The translations under genes and the position numbers were made by a program. 64,000 nt of DNA, taken from contig NC_042997.1 of the NCBI RefSeq assembly GCF_006345805.1, forward strand, positions 23,436,001 to 23,500,000, written 5' to 3'. Under the pieces are notes generated by a model that ran no database searches, was not told where the DNA came from, and saw only the letters and a program-made list of their open reading frames with translations. Below are positions 39,582-52,771 of this stretch, one piece after another (positions within the stretch are counted from its first letter, which is position 1; every line of letters starts with the position of its first letter). This stretch comes from Octopus sinensis (taxonomy: Eukaryota).

Positions 39582-39990
39582 AGTAGGAGGCCGATGCGAG
39601 GCTGAAGGAGTCATCTATGAAGCTATGGTGACACCTAGACCTGCTATCGTCATTACCAGCAATGTACCACCCAACAGCAATATTAGCAAATTCAAGCGCT
39701 ACCTACTGGAAAATTGGATCTCTCCGTTTGCCGTTTTTTTTTTATCTATAAGGGTTGTTTTATCCTCTGTTTCAGGGGAGACAACCTGTCCTCATTAACG
39801 TCTTCATATGTTAAGACTTGAATCCCGATTTTTTAGTGTTTCCTCACATCCATAATTTAGAAAGTTTAAATTTTTTATCCTTGTATAGAGCCTGACAAGC
39901 TGTCCAAAAGGCTTTGGCTTTGTAGATACAAAACCTTTGGTGATTCTATATCCAAAATTTAAATTTTTGTCGTAATATCTGTACATATAT
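39575..39990 (+). mobile_element. Oppositely oriented Penelope-like piece fused to the previous element
   Basis: The plus strand reads QCPVGGRCEAEGVIYEAMVT (Zn-knuckle/GIY start). The sequence from 39657 onward matches 36415-36720. Confidence 0.7.
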
Positions 39991-40200
39991 GGCTTGTCAA
40001 TTCATCTCCAGCAATAGAGAGCAGTCACCATGTTCCCTTTCATATCAGCTAACTCTGATGAGAGTAAGGTTATATGAAGAGATTGTCACTTAACACTCCA
40101 TTGTATTCCTAGCGCGAAACATTTCAGATAATATACCCACTTTATTGACAGATATACAAGTGCATCTTTTCTCTGATTAATGGACTGTTTAGATGATTCA

Positions 40201-40237
<37 letters not shown>

Positions 40238-40374
40238 GTGTATAGTTAATTAGGTTATCTAGGAATAGATAATAATATTACTACACCAATGACTGATGTA
40301 GTAGCATTATAGTTAGTTACTACAATGATAACAGTGAAATCTTATATAGTAACAACTACAGAGGAACCAAACTA

Positions 40375-41720
40375 CTAGATATTATGAAAGTTATAGTTCA
40401 ATTGATTAGGAAAATAATTAAACTAGATGAGATGCAGTTTGGTTTTGTACCTGAAAAGAGTATCACAGATGCTATCTTCCTAGTGAGACAGCTGCAAGAG
40501 AACTATCTAGTCAAAAGTAAACCATTGTACTTGGCTTTCGTGGATCTAGAGGAAGCTTTTGACAGAATCCTTTGCTCTGTAATCTGGTGGTTCTTAAAGA
40601 AGTTAGGAGTAGACAAGTGGTTTGTTAGAAATGTACAAGCCATGTACACAGAGCTATCAGTGGGCTGAGAGTCAGCCACGAGTATGGCTCAGTTGTCAGC
40701 CCCCTTTTATTCATCAGTCTTCCAGGCCATAATAAGGGAATTTAAACCTAGCTGCCTCTGGGAACTACTATATGCTCATGACCTCACTCTTATAGCAGAA
40801 TCTGTAGCATAATTGGAGAATAAATTCCAGGTATGGATGCAAAACTTGGAATCAAAGGGCCTTAAACTTAATGTAGGAAAGAGCAAAATTGTTGTTAGCA
40901 AGAAAGTGGCTAAGACTCTTTTTCTGTCAGGTAAATTGCCCTGTTCAGTATGTAGGAAAGGTGTTGGAAGAAATTCCGTTCATTGCATCTAGTATAAGCT
41001 TCACACACAGAAGAAATGTAATGGAATCACAGACAGGTTACAGAGAAAGTCATCTTTGTTTGTGACAGATGCACAGAAACATTAAGCACTAAGGAAATAT
41101 GAAAATTAGAGTCTGTCAAATGCTGAGGAAGTTTTCTTTGAGGTTGTGAATAGTTTCTACTCCCTAGATGACTAAATTAGCAGCACCAAAGGACGTTCTG
41201 AAAGTTTTGTTGCTAGAATAAGAATTGGGTGGAAGAAGTTTAGAGATCTGTTACCTCTATTGGCAACAAAAGAACTCTCTCTCAGAGTGAAAGACAGAGT
41301 GCTTGCGTATGAACAGTTATCCTCCATGGTAGTGAGATATGGACCCTGAATGTAGACGACAAGTGTAAACTGGAGAGAAATGAAGCTAGTATGATGTGAT
41401 GGATGTGCAACATCAGTGTGTATGTATGAGAAAGTGCAAATGTGCTGAAAGAAAAGTTAGGTATAAGAGGAGTCAGATGTAGCGTGCAAGAGAGAAGACT
41501 ACGTTGGTTTGGATATGTGATGCATATGGACAAAGACAGCTGTATAAAGAAGTGTCAATTGCTTACATTGGATGGAACCTGTGGAAGAAGGAGACCTGGG
41601 AAAACATTGGATGAAGGAGTGAAGGCTGATCTCAAGATGTTGGGCCTCAAAGAGGAGATGGCAATGGACTGAGATGTCTGTCGATATGAGGTTCTTGAAA
41701 AGACCTGCCCACCCCAGCAA
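40375..41720 (+). mobile_element. 5'-truncated, degenerate RTE LINE
   Basis: DEMQFGFVP..SITDAIFLVRQLQE.YL...LYLAFVDLEEAFDR, ELLYAHD, RIGWKKFRDL, ERRLRWFGYV. Confidence 0.88.
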
Positions 41721-42522
41721 AACTGAGTTCTGGAGGCATTGTGTATTCCAACCACATGAAACATTAAATCACACACCCTAGCCTAGTGAACCAAACAACA
41801 TCTCTTCTTCCTGCACTTTGCTTTTCTCCCCCCCCCCCATACACACTCCTGCAGCCCAACACTGCTCTGTCATCTCTCTCTCTCTCCTGTCCTCCCTCTG
41901 CCAATGGTATCATGGCTATCCTGTTGCTCCTTAATACACCTGTGTTTCATCACTCACTGCATTCTCCCCTTTCCCTCCCCTCTCTCTCTTTTATACTTCA
42001 TGAACTCCCTACTCATGCACCCCGAGCAATCCTCTACCATTCCATTTATATTCACATCCTTGTACCTTGGAAGTATACTCTGTCACATCATCAGCTCTCT
42101 TGCTTTCTCTCACTCTCACTCTTTCTTACTCTCTCTCCCTCTCCCTCTCCCTGTCTCTTTCCAAATGGGGTAACCATCTATCTCCTTTACAACAAAACAC
42201 CAGTTTCTATGCCTCTATCATAGTTTAACTTCTCATCACTTGGCACAAGGGCACCTCCCAGTCCTCTTATTTGAGGGATCTTTGTCATGCAAGTATATGT
42301 GGTGACCTCATCAGTGCTGGTGCCACATAAAAAGCACCAGTACACTCTATAAAATGGTTGGCATTTGGAAGGGCATTCAGCCATAAAAACCATGTCAAAG
42401 CACTTAGTGCAGATTGGAACAGTCCCCAGATTTACCAGCTCTTGTCAAAGCATTCAACCCATGCCAGCATGGAAGATGGACACTAAGTGATGATGATGAT
42501 GCTGATGATGATGATGATGATA

Positions 42523-42569
<47 letters not shown>

Positions 42570-42899
42570 ATATCTAACATAATAAAAGTGAAAACTAATT
42601 TCTGTGTGTCAGTGTGTCACACTTTCACTCCTTCTCTCACTATTCAATGACCCTTCCTCATACTGGGGTGAGAGTAATAGCAGGCATAGAGACTGTAAGA
42701 GCGGTGGTAAAGACACAGAGCGAGGGGAAGAAAAACAAAAGGAGAGAAAGAAAGACAAAGGAATTTAGAGAAAGTTGATAATGTTTTATTAAAAGTAGTA
42801 ATGTTGATGGTGACAATGGGAGTAATAATAAGAAAGATAGAAAAAGTGGGTATGTGAGAGAAAGCGGGAGATGATGCACAACTTTCCTGGGCAGAAATT

Positions 42900-43110
42900 C
42901 CTGTGGCCAGCATACTGAACCAACTACTGAACACTATCATTTTTGTTTTATTTTTTGCTTTCTTTAATACATGTGACCACGTGTGTATCGTTGGCAATTT
43001 TATTTCTCCATCTTCCCTTCTTTGGACATTTTCTTTATTTCTGATGAAGAGCTCCGCTCGAAACGTGAAGTCCTCTTTCTTTTCTTTCCTTTCCTGAGCA
43101 TCCAATATCG
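42900..43110 (+). mobile_element. Penelope-like terminal repeat with hammerhead motif (43037-43071)
   Basis: ATTT-CTGATGA-A-GAGC(TCC)GCTC-GAA-ACGT-G-AAGT. G at the cleavage position predicts inactivity. Confidence 0.55.
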
Positions 43111-44539
43111 CAATATACATCTTCATCGTGGAATGTCATACAAGCACATACATATGTATGTTCACAGATCCATACATGCATATATGACCACCTAAATAAT
43201 GGGATCCAAATTCCAATCTAAGAGCCTTGTTCTTGCATTGAAAACTGGCTTCTTTCTATATTAAGGGCAAAAATTATAAACAAAGCATATAGACACACGA
43301 AGATAAGAATGATATATAGTTGGAGAGATCAGCAGCCCTGCAGATATGAACTTTTCTTTCCAAACCAGTAAGAGTGAGAATGTTTGCAGATAGTTGCTTC
43401 AAAATCAATATCTTCTCAAACCAAATTATAAACTCCCATAAGCAGCATAACCATCACTAGCAAGCGATTATGATTTCCAAGCATGTGTCATGCTAATTGT
43501 TTCCAGTGTTTATGTAGCTGTGAGCAGATATAGAGATCTTCTTGGCCCTTCCAACCCTAACCAGTGGAACATCAAGGATATGACACCCGGATGGAAACAG
43601 TGCTTCGCCAGCAGTGGACTGGTACTCATTTTCAGCTGAGCTGACAGGAGCATCATCAAATAAAATTAATTATTGAAGAAACCAACACATTGCCTGACCC
43701 ATGGTCGTACGTTCATGAACCCAACACTCCTGACCATAAATATATAAGCCTTGATTAAATAAGTAAATACCTATGTAGAAATCTTGATACACTGAGGTTT
43801 GCAGGTAAAATTAAATGTGACTAGCTATGATGTACTTTGTAAAATCAATCTGTAAGCAGAATAGAAGAAATATGTAGAACTTACGTAAAGTTCAAAGTAT
43901 AAATCTTCACAACAATTATTATTTAAATTCTAGCGTTGCTGCTTTGTTTCCTTGTTAGAACCCAATACACAACCTTATTTTGTTTTTCGTTTTTTATATA
44001 AAAAAAAAAAAAAGTCCAGATAGTTAGAAAAGCGAGATGCACATTCTGAGTTTTAGCTATACAATTTTGAGACTTGATCTTTAGCTTACTAGACATCGAA
44101 AACTTACGTTTAATTTAAGGAAACTTTGATGCTACAATTTGAACCCTCAGAAAATATATAACATCAAACTAAAAGTCGAGTGAAATAAAGTAATGGGACG
44201 TAACTCTCACAATTTAAACCTAATAAAATACTTTTCTCCTGCGCTTTTACTTTTTCTCTTTCTCCAACTCCTCATTTATCTGTTGCTTGTATGGATGCAC
44301 AGTGTGCCACACATCAGATGTTCAAGAACACAATGTATTGCCCAGTCCAATCCAGGAATTGAAACTATGATCTTATGATCCTGAGTGCAACACCCTAATT
44401 TCTAGGCCACACTCATTTTCTCTTTTTAATTCAGAGTTTATCTTAAAGGGCCTCCTGCTTAATAGCAAGTTTGAGATGGAAAGTTTCTTGTTTTGTTCAT
44501 GCATATTTTTGTTGTCCCAGATATTGTGGTCATTTATAA

Positions 44540-45012
44540 TGCATACCGCATCGACTGGCCTCCGTGCTGAGGGCACGTAACAAACACCATCCGAGCGTGG
44601 CCGTTCGCCAGCCTCGTCTGGCACCTGTGTCGATGACACATAAGAAAACACCATCCGAGCGTGGCCGTCTGCCAGCCTCGTCTGGCACCTGTGTCGGTGG
44701 CACATAAAAAACACCATCCGAGCGTGGCCGTCTGCCAGCTTCGTCTGGCACCTGTGTCGGTGGCACATAAAAAACACCATCCAAGCGTGACCGTCTGCCA
44801 GCCTCGTCTGGCACCTGTGTTGGTGGCACATAAAATCACCCACTACACTCTCGGAGTGGTTGGCGTTAGGAAGGGCATCCAGCTGTAGAAACACTGCCAG
44901 ATCTGACTGGCCTGGTGCAGCCTTCGGGCTTGCCAGACCCCAGTTGAACCGTCCAACCCATGCTAGCATGGAAAGCGGACGTTAAATGATGATGATGATG
45001 ATGATGATGATG
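44540..45012 (+). mobile_element. Non-autonomous element with (GAT)n tail and an internal 63-bp tandem array
   Basis: Tail block GAAGGGCATCCAGCTGTAGAAAC...CCATGCTAGCATGGAAAGCGGACGTTAAATGATGATG is shared with many copies (e.g. 29170-29460, 48100-48470, 51855-52050, 55820-56110). There are four units at 44582-44834. Confidence 0.8.
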
Positions 45013-45233
45013 AATTAAAAAGTTGCATTCCTTCACATGGAATCTGAGTTCAATCATACTTTGCTCCAGATAAGTTGGTACATGTTTTGTTTCTCTAATA
45101 ATAATAGGTATGAATAAGGCAGTGAGCTGGCAGAAATATTAGCACACTGGGCGAAATGCTTAGAGGCATTTCGTCTGTCTTTATGTTCTGAGTTCAAATT
45201 TCGCCAAGGTCAACTTTGCCTTTCATCCTTTCG

Positions 45234-45497
45234 GGGTCAATAAATTAACTACCAGTTTTATGCTGGAGTCGATCTAATCGAGTGGCCTCCTCCCCCAAAA
45301 TTTCTGGCTTTGTACCTACAGCAGAAAAGAATAATAGGTTTGAATTTGAAAGTGTATCTTGGGGTGGGTCAATAAATTAAGTACCAGTTTTATACTGGAG
45401 TCGATCTAATCGAGTGGCCTCCTCCCCACAAATTTCTGGCTTTGTACCTACAGCAGAAAAGAATAATAGGTTTGAATTTGAAAGTGTATCTTGGGGT
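45234..45497 (+). repeat. 132-bp direct tandem duplication (SINE A 3' end plus flank)
   Basis: GGGTCAATAAATTAA...AGTGTATCTTGGGGT at 45234-45365 and 45366-45497, with a few substitutions. Confidence 0.9.
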
Positions 45498-45990
45498 ACT
45501 GGATTTGAGAATTCTTATCAATTCTTCATAGATATTTTCTTTCTCCTGCATTTTTCTGACCACATTGGTATCCAGAGGGTAGCTGATTTCCACAACAGAG
45601 CAAATTATTCCTTGTGGATCCACACAGCAATATCTGCCCAGTTTGTTTTTAACTTGATGGATGTTTTAATGTTTAAATTCAACTAATATTCTTTGACCCA
45701 TTGGTGTCAATTTAGTCAACTTTGATGATATTTTTTTTTTTTTGCCTTATTTTGTTCCTGGCAGTTCCACCAACAGCATCGTGCCTTATGGGAAGATGAT
45801 ATTCCTCTCACAGTTGGCTGATATCTTCATCTTAGTTTTTCACAGCCTATATTTGTTGTTTATAAATGTTTTCTGTGTGCTGTGGGTATTTGGTAGGGAT
45901 CTCTTGTTTTTGAATGGCATGGAGATAGCCTTCAAAGTGAGAAGTCATAAATTTGTCAGTTCTCCATGCCAAGATTTTGATATCATTTAA
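45480..45990 (-). mobile_element. RLE-type (R4/Dong-like) LINE fragment
   Basis: NIKTSIKLK...DIAVW, CSVVEISYPLDTNVVRKMQEKENIYEELIR.L...YTFKF; same family as 29555-30050. Confidence 0.7.
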
Positions 45991-46074
45991 TCCCACCTTG
46001 CTACTACTACTACTACTACTACTACTGCCAACAACAACAACAACAACAGACAGACAGACAAGGTATCAGAGCAC

Positions 46075-46245
46075 CGAAGGCCGGCTATAGTAACTTTTAG
46101 GATGTGGCAGTACCAGGAGATCAACATATCATTATGAAAGAAAGAAAAATGTTTGATAAATATGGAGACCTGAGAATTGAGATCGCCAAGATGTGGCGGC
46201 TACGAGAGTCAAACATAATGGTTATCCCCATTGTCATCGGAGCAT
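46075..46245 (+). mobile_element. RLE endonuclease fragment (second family)
   Basis: DVAVPGDQHIIMKERKMFDKYGDLRIEIAKMWRL..NIMVIPIVIGA, flanked by (CTA/CAA)n and (TAA)n. Confidence 0.75.
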
Positions 46246-46274
46246 GATATTTTATACTGTGTGACGTCTATAAC

Positions 46275-46323
<49 letters not shown>

Positions 46324-46459
46324 TTTTCTACTAGGCCTGAAATTTTGGGGTAAGGGGTTAAGTCGATTACACTGAAATAATAATCTATTATGCCATCAAC
46401 ATCATCATTTAACGTCCATCTTCCATACTAGAATGTGTTGGACTATAGATATATATATA

Positions 46460-46586
46460 CTTTATTTTAAGCAGCAGAAAATTCAACAAAATCTGTTACT
46501 CTGAGTTTCTCGTTGCCGTTCAGAGTAACAGATTTTGTTACTCAGAGTAACAGATTTTGTTGAATTTTCTGCTGCTTAAAATAAAG
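46460..46586. repeat. Perfect 45-bp inverted repeat with a partial extra copy of the right arm in the spacer
   Basis: CTTTATTTTAAGCAGC...GTTACTCTGA pairs with TCAGAGTAAC...GCTGCTTAAAATAAAG. TCAGAGTAACAGATTTTGTT occurs twice (46520 and 46542). Confidence 0.9.
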
Positions 46587-46657
46587 CATATTACTCTACC
46601 ACTGGTATTTGAGTACTCTTTTTTCCACCTTGTTTCACATTTATGTGTTTACTCCGG

Positions 46658-46691
<34 letters not shown>

Positions 46692-47120
46692 ATGTAATCT
46701 CACATAGTTCTAAAATTAACCTACCCCCACCATCCCCATTCCCCTACATCCTCTTCACTTCTATCCTACCCCACCGTTACACTATTCCTCACTCAGGAAT
46801 CAAATATCTTACTTATTCTCGTGGACATTTTTGACCACCCAAATCCCAATGCAAGGGACATAACTCCGATGAGTTAAATCATTCTTAAATTTACGGAGGC
46901 TTTATCTGATTTCATCCACGAATTATGTTGGGGGTTTTACAGTCGTACCAAGGCCCATAAAACAGGTGTAACTCTTTTGAGCCTCCAGTGTCAAAGGGCT
47001 CAGACCATATATTTCCTTCAACCGTTTGTGGTAATTGCTGGGACTTGACTATCCATTTCTAGCATGAAACCTTTTAACTATTGTGACATTATATTACATA
47101 ACTGCTACTACTACTACTAT

Positions 47121-47214
<94 letters not shown>

Positions 47215-47767
47215 AAAATGCCCTGATGCAGTACCAGTTAGTGACTCTCATGACTTCTGATCTTAAGTGATTGGAAGTGTTATGTACATTGTTTTGTCTA
47301 GGTATAAAAGATGGGCTACAGCAAATCTTCTGCTCAATACCACAGATTTGCATGTCAGTTGTTTAACCTTAACCAGCTGAGCATGTCCATTAGTGACTGG
47401 CAATATGTGCAACTCTGATCACGAGCAGAAGTCGTGGGGGAGCATCATAACCATGTGTTGAGAGGAATTCTTTGGAGTTTGAATAATTCACTTCTGGTTT
47501 CATTCAACATCCTTAAACAACCCTTATTTAGGGACCTTTTGAATAGGATGGGCTACTTGACCTGAAGGAAATTCTACATGCAAGGTTATATGGTGTTTAT
47601 ATTGATATGAGATCACCATGTCGTGCACATATGTTTGTGATGCATGTGCCTGATGTACCCTTATCAGATGGGTAGTCATGATGGGTACACTGGGCTTTGT
47701 ATATTTTACCCCAGTGTCACTTTGATGGCATACACTGCTCTCTCACTCAATAATAATAATAATAATA

Positions 47768-47819
<52 letters not shown>

Positions 47820-48028
47820 TTCTACTCTAGTCACAAGGCCTTGAAAATTTGGGGGAGAAGGGGGCTAGTCGATTACATCAACTCCAGTGCGTAACTAGTA
47901 TTTATTTTATTGATCCGCCAAAAGGATGAAAACCAAACTCGACCTCAGCAGAATTTGAACTCAGAACGTAGTGGCAGACAAAATGCCACAAAGCGTTTTG
48001 CCTGGTGTTCTGCCAGCTCGCCACCCTA

Positions 48029-48069
<41 letters not shown>

Positions 48070-48529
48070 GATGATGATGATGATGATCATCATCATCATC
48101 ATCATCATCATCGTTTAACGTCCGTTCTCCATGCTAGCATGGGTTGGATGGTTCGACCGGGGATCTGGGAAGCCAGATGGCTGCACCAGGCTCCAGTCTT
48201 ATCTGGCAATGTTTCTACAGCTGGATGCCCTTCCTAATGCCAACCACTCCATGAGTGTAGTGGGTGCTTTTTACGTGCCACCTACACAGGTGCCAGGCGA
48301 GGCTGGCAACGGCCATGGTCGGATTGGTGTATTTTATGTGCCACCGGCACGGAAGCCAGTCGAGGCGGCGCTGGCATCGGCCACAAGTCGGATAGTGCTT
48401 TTTACGTACCACTAGACCAGGGATCCTGGCTGGTTCAATTCGATTTCGATTTCGCTTGCCCCAACATGTCTTCAAAAATAACAATAATAATAATCATATT
48501 AACAATAATAAAAATAATAACAACAGTAA

Positions 48530-48990
48530 TGTCAATCCCAGCAGATTGCAACACCTCTGTAAAATACTTGAGAAGGCAAGTAAATATAAGATCTCGAAAA
48601 TATGATATGTAAGAACGACAACTGTACCCATGACCATTGGAGCTTTGGGGACAATACCGAATGGCACTGTTAAAAAACTATGGCAAAATACCAGGCAACC
48701 CCAAGGTATCAGAACTACAAAAAGCTGTTTTTGTAGGTACTGCTAACATCCTAAGAAAGATAGTGTCAACCTGAAGAAAACCTAATTCTCTTAAAACTCT
48801 TTCAACACGGAAATATTACAAATTTAACAGTATCTTAGTTCTAAGATGCTGGTTTCTTTTCTGTATAATATATCATTACTTTTCATAAATAGCACCCATA
48901 GTAAAATATTCAACTTGCTGTTACTTGAGGTCTCTGGGTCAGACTTTGAACAACTTGTATAAAACAAAGTATCAATAATGCAAAAAATAA
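48530..48990 (+). mobile_element. RLE-type LINE 3' end (third fragment)
   Basis: MSIPADCN....EKASKY...VPMTIGALGTIP...ELQKAVFVGTANILRK*, preceded by (AAT)n. Confidence 0.65.
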
Positions 48991-49250
48991 TAATTATTCT
49001 TTCCTATAGGTACAAGGTCAGTAATTTTAGATGAAGGCATTTCTTGATTACATTGACTTCAGTGTTCAACTGCTATTTATTTCATGGGCACTAAAAGGAT
49101 GAAAGGCAAAGTTGTCCTCGGTGGAAACTGAACCCAGAAAGTGAAAACAGCTGAAATGCCATTTAGTATTTTGTCTGGTATGCTAATGATTCTGCCAGCT
49201 CACCACTATATGTGTGTGTGTGTGTGTATGTATATATATATATATATATA

Positions 49251-50875
49251 TAACTTAGAATAACTTAGAAAGGTTTTTGGCCAGTATTGGCCCAGGCCAT
49301 GTCTAACTTAATAGCACCACCTGGCGAAGTCTTTCAGTTCAGGATTTGGGCACCAAGGCCCATTCGAGCAGAGAGTTATTGTTTGCGGAGACATATCCGG
49401 GTGTGGGTGGTTTGTCCGGTACTGTTTGAAGGAATTTGTCCAAAGACTTCTTGAATTTTGTGTGGTCAGTTTCTTTTTTACGTGTCCTGGTGTAATGTTG
49501 AAGAGAGCGGGTCCAATTGAGGTGAAATAGTTGTGCCGTATTGTCGTTATGTGATGCGATTTAGATTTTTGTTGTGGACGGATGGCACGTGGTCCAAGCC
49601 TTGGATGCATTTTGAGGTGATGCCAACATCATTCGGACAGTGCTGATGGAATATTTTCCACATCATACAGATAATGTAGCGTTCACGGTGTCGTTGGAGT
49701 GAATACATTTCAGCTTCTCTAGTCTACCCCAGTAGTCAAGGTCTGACATGCCATCTATCTTTTTTGTGATTGACCTTTGGGGAGCTTCAATTCTCATAAT
49801 ATTTTGTTTTGTGTAGGGAGACCACAGTGGACAGCAGTATTCAAGGTGGGGTCGGGCAAAAGTGGAGAAGAGAAGGATAATAGCGTGGGAATCTCTCGAC
49901 TGGAAGGTTCTGAGAATCCAGGAACACATTCTGCGGGCCATGTCACTTTGCTGCTTATATGTGTAGCCCAGCTTATGTTGTTGTCCACTGTTACTCCCAG
50001 GTCTCTGATGTTGTTGGATGCCATGAGAATTTCTCCAGAAGGAAGAGAGTATGGGAGTTTCAGAGCGTCCTCCCTTCCAAAGTGGATCAGTTCGAATTTG
50101 TCTTCATTTAGCAACATGTTATTCTTTTCCGCCATTGGACAACAGCCAGTAGGTCTGACTGAAGGTTTATTCGGTCATCCACGCCATTGATGACCTTCTG
50201 GAGCTTGGAATCATCAGCGAAGGTTCTGATGTTGCTGTGTTTGATGGTGTCAGTAATATCATTTATGTAGATGATGAAGAGAAGTGGGCCCAACACAGTG
50301 CCTTGTGGGACACCACTGCTGACTTTGGCTGGGCTGGATTTGACTCCTTCGACTACAACATGTTGGGTTCTGTTAGAGAGGAAGCACTTGATCCATTGCA
50401 GCAGCTTTCCAGTGACACCAATATTGGACAGCTTTCTCAGAAGGATCTTATGATCAACCCTGTCAAAGGCCTTGCTGAAATCAAGGTAGATGACATCAGT
50501 GTGAACCCTCTCCCAAGGCTCTCAAAATGTTATCAAAATGATGCAGTAGCTGCGTCAGGTAATCTCTCCCATTACGGAATCCATGCTGGTTGGGTTCAGC
50601 ATATTATGACTCTCAAGGAAGTGAGTCATACGCGATCTCAGCACCCTCTCAAATACCTTGATGATATGAGAGGTGAGTGAGATTGGACGGTAATTCACGG
50701 CAAGCGATTTGTTTCCTTTTTGAAAACTGGGACAACAGACTGGGATAGAAGGTCTTCTGGTATATATCCAGCATCCAATGAGTTCCGCCACAGATTGGCT
50801 AGAGGGGGTGCAAGTTGGTTTTGACACATCTTCAAGACACAAGCAGGGAACCTATCGGGACCTACTGCTGAATTA
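49251..50875 (-). mobile_element. 5'-truncated CR1-group LINE (second family), frameshifted RT
   Basis: [82 protein letters not shown]. The 3' end is a tandem 10-mer (TTCTAAGTTA)x2 at 49251-49270. Confidence 0.9.
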
Positions 50876-50877
50876 TG

Positions 50878-51299
<422 letters not shown>

Positions 51300-51300
<1 letters not shown>

Positions 51301-51630
51301 AATAATTGTGTACAGTGCTCAGGTGCACTACAACTCATCTAAAGTGTATATATAATCAGTGTAGTTTCGGCGGATTTCGGAAAGCATGAGGGCCTTAAAA
51401 GATGCAGTGTCATGGCAGTCACAACTGACGCAGGCAGTTTATTCCATGCTTCAGCAACTCTGAGCGTGAAAAAATGTTTCCGAAAGTCATGAGAGCTGTA
51501 TTGTTTTCTGACTTTGTAGGCATGTCCACGTGTGTTAGACACATGGAGATCAAAAAGGTGTTCAGTGTTGTTGTTGGTGAGGTGGTTGATAACTTTGTGG
51601 GTGTTTACCAAGTCCGTCGCCAGACGCCAT
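51300..51630 (-). mobile_element. CR1 3' end, near-identical to 26985-27320
   Basis: HKVINHLTNNNTEHLFDLHVSNTRGHAYKVRKQ...WNKLPASVV. Confidence 0.88.
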
Positions 51631-51840
51631 ATATATATATAAGGTTAATCCAAACGGGAAAACAGAAAAAACAACAACACGTGGAACAATTACAGTATTA
51701 TTATTATTAGGCGCTCAGGAAAATGGAAGAAGGAAGGTATGACGTTTCGAGCGGAGCTCTTCGTCGGAAACATAAGAGAAGGAAGAAAGAAGATGTGGGC
51801 GAAACATAAGAGAAGGAAGAAGAAGATGTGGGCGAAATAT
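51630..51840 (-). mobile_element. Penelope-like terminal repeat with hammerhead motif (51737-51771)
   Basis: Minus strand reads GTTT-CCGACGA-A-GAGC(TCC)GCTC-GAA-ACGT-C-ATAC: a GUC triplet, but C at core position 4. Confidence 0.55.
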
Positions 51841-52771
51841 ATATATATATATATCATCATCATCATCCGTTTTCCATGCTAACATGGGTTGGATGGTTCG
51901 ACCGGTGTCTGGGAAGCCAGGAGGCTGCACCAGGCTCCAGTCTGATCTGGCAGTGTTTTTACAGTTGGATGCCCTTCCTAATACCAACCACTCTGTGAGT
52001 GTAGTGGGTGCTTTTTACGTGCCACTGGCTCAGGTGCCAGGGGAGGCTGATATATATGTGTATGCAAATCTGGAGAATATTCTAATAAATATTAAAAATT
52101 TCCATGAGCATTAAATTGATGATGGAAAGTGCTAATAATAAGTTAATTTACACTTTATAAATTTCTCTAACTACCTCTGTGTGTTGTGTGTGTGTGTGCG
52201 TGTGAGAGAGAGAGACGAAGAGCGAGAGTGAGGAAGAGCGAGAGAGAGAGAGAGAGGAAGAGGGAGGGTGAAGGAGAGAGAGAGAGAAGTTTAATATGTT
52301 GCTATCTATTTAGCATATCTATATTCACTTTCATATCTGCTTAACATGTTGCAACCTGTTCAATACAGTTGCATGTATTTGACACCTGACTACTATTGAT
52401 AAAAATCTATTACTATAGTTTTCTAGAAGTAAAGAAGTGTTTGCTATCTGTTGACCTGTTAGTATGTTTGCTATTAACTGCTCACTCCATCTGCTACCAT
52501 ATATTCACTACAATTTTGTACATGCTACAATGTCTTCTTTCTTGCGTGTATACCAGAATATATTCACTTATTCTGTGTAAGCCAGCCGGCATCTGTTCAC
52601 CCATGCTCTTCTTTCTCTGCTTCAAGAGCCTGCTCACATATATTTCTGTGCAAAGGATACTACTACTACTCTTCAATCCTCCTCCATCTTCTGCACACTA
52701 CTATCATCCATAGTATAGCTTAAACACTTCTTGCCAGTTTGGTACTACTTTTATGGACAGAGGCTTTCAAA

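Noticed and set aside
44582-44834. CRISPR-like regular repeats
   Set aside because: The units are contiguous with no unique spacers, there are no cas genes, and the context is a eukaryotic retroelement.
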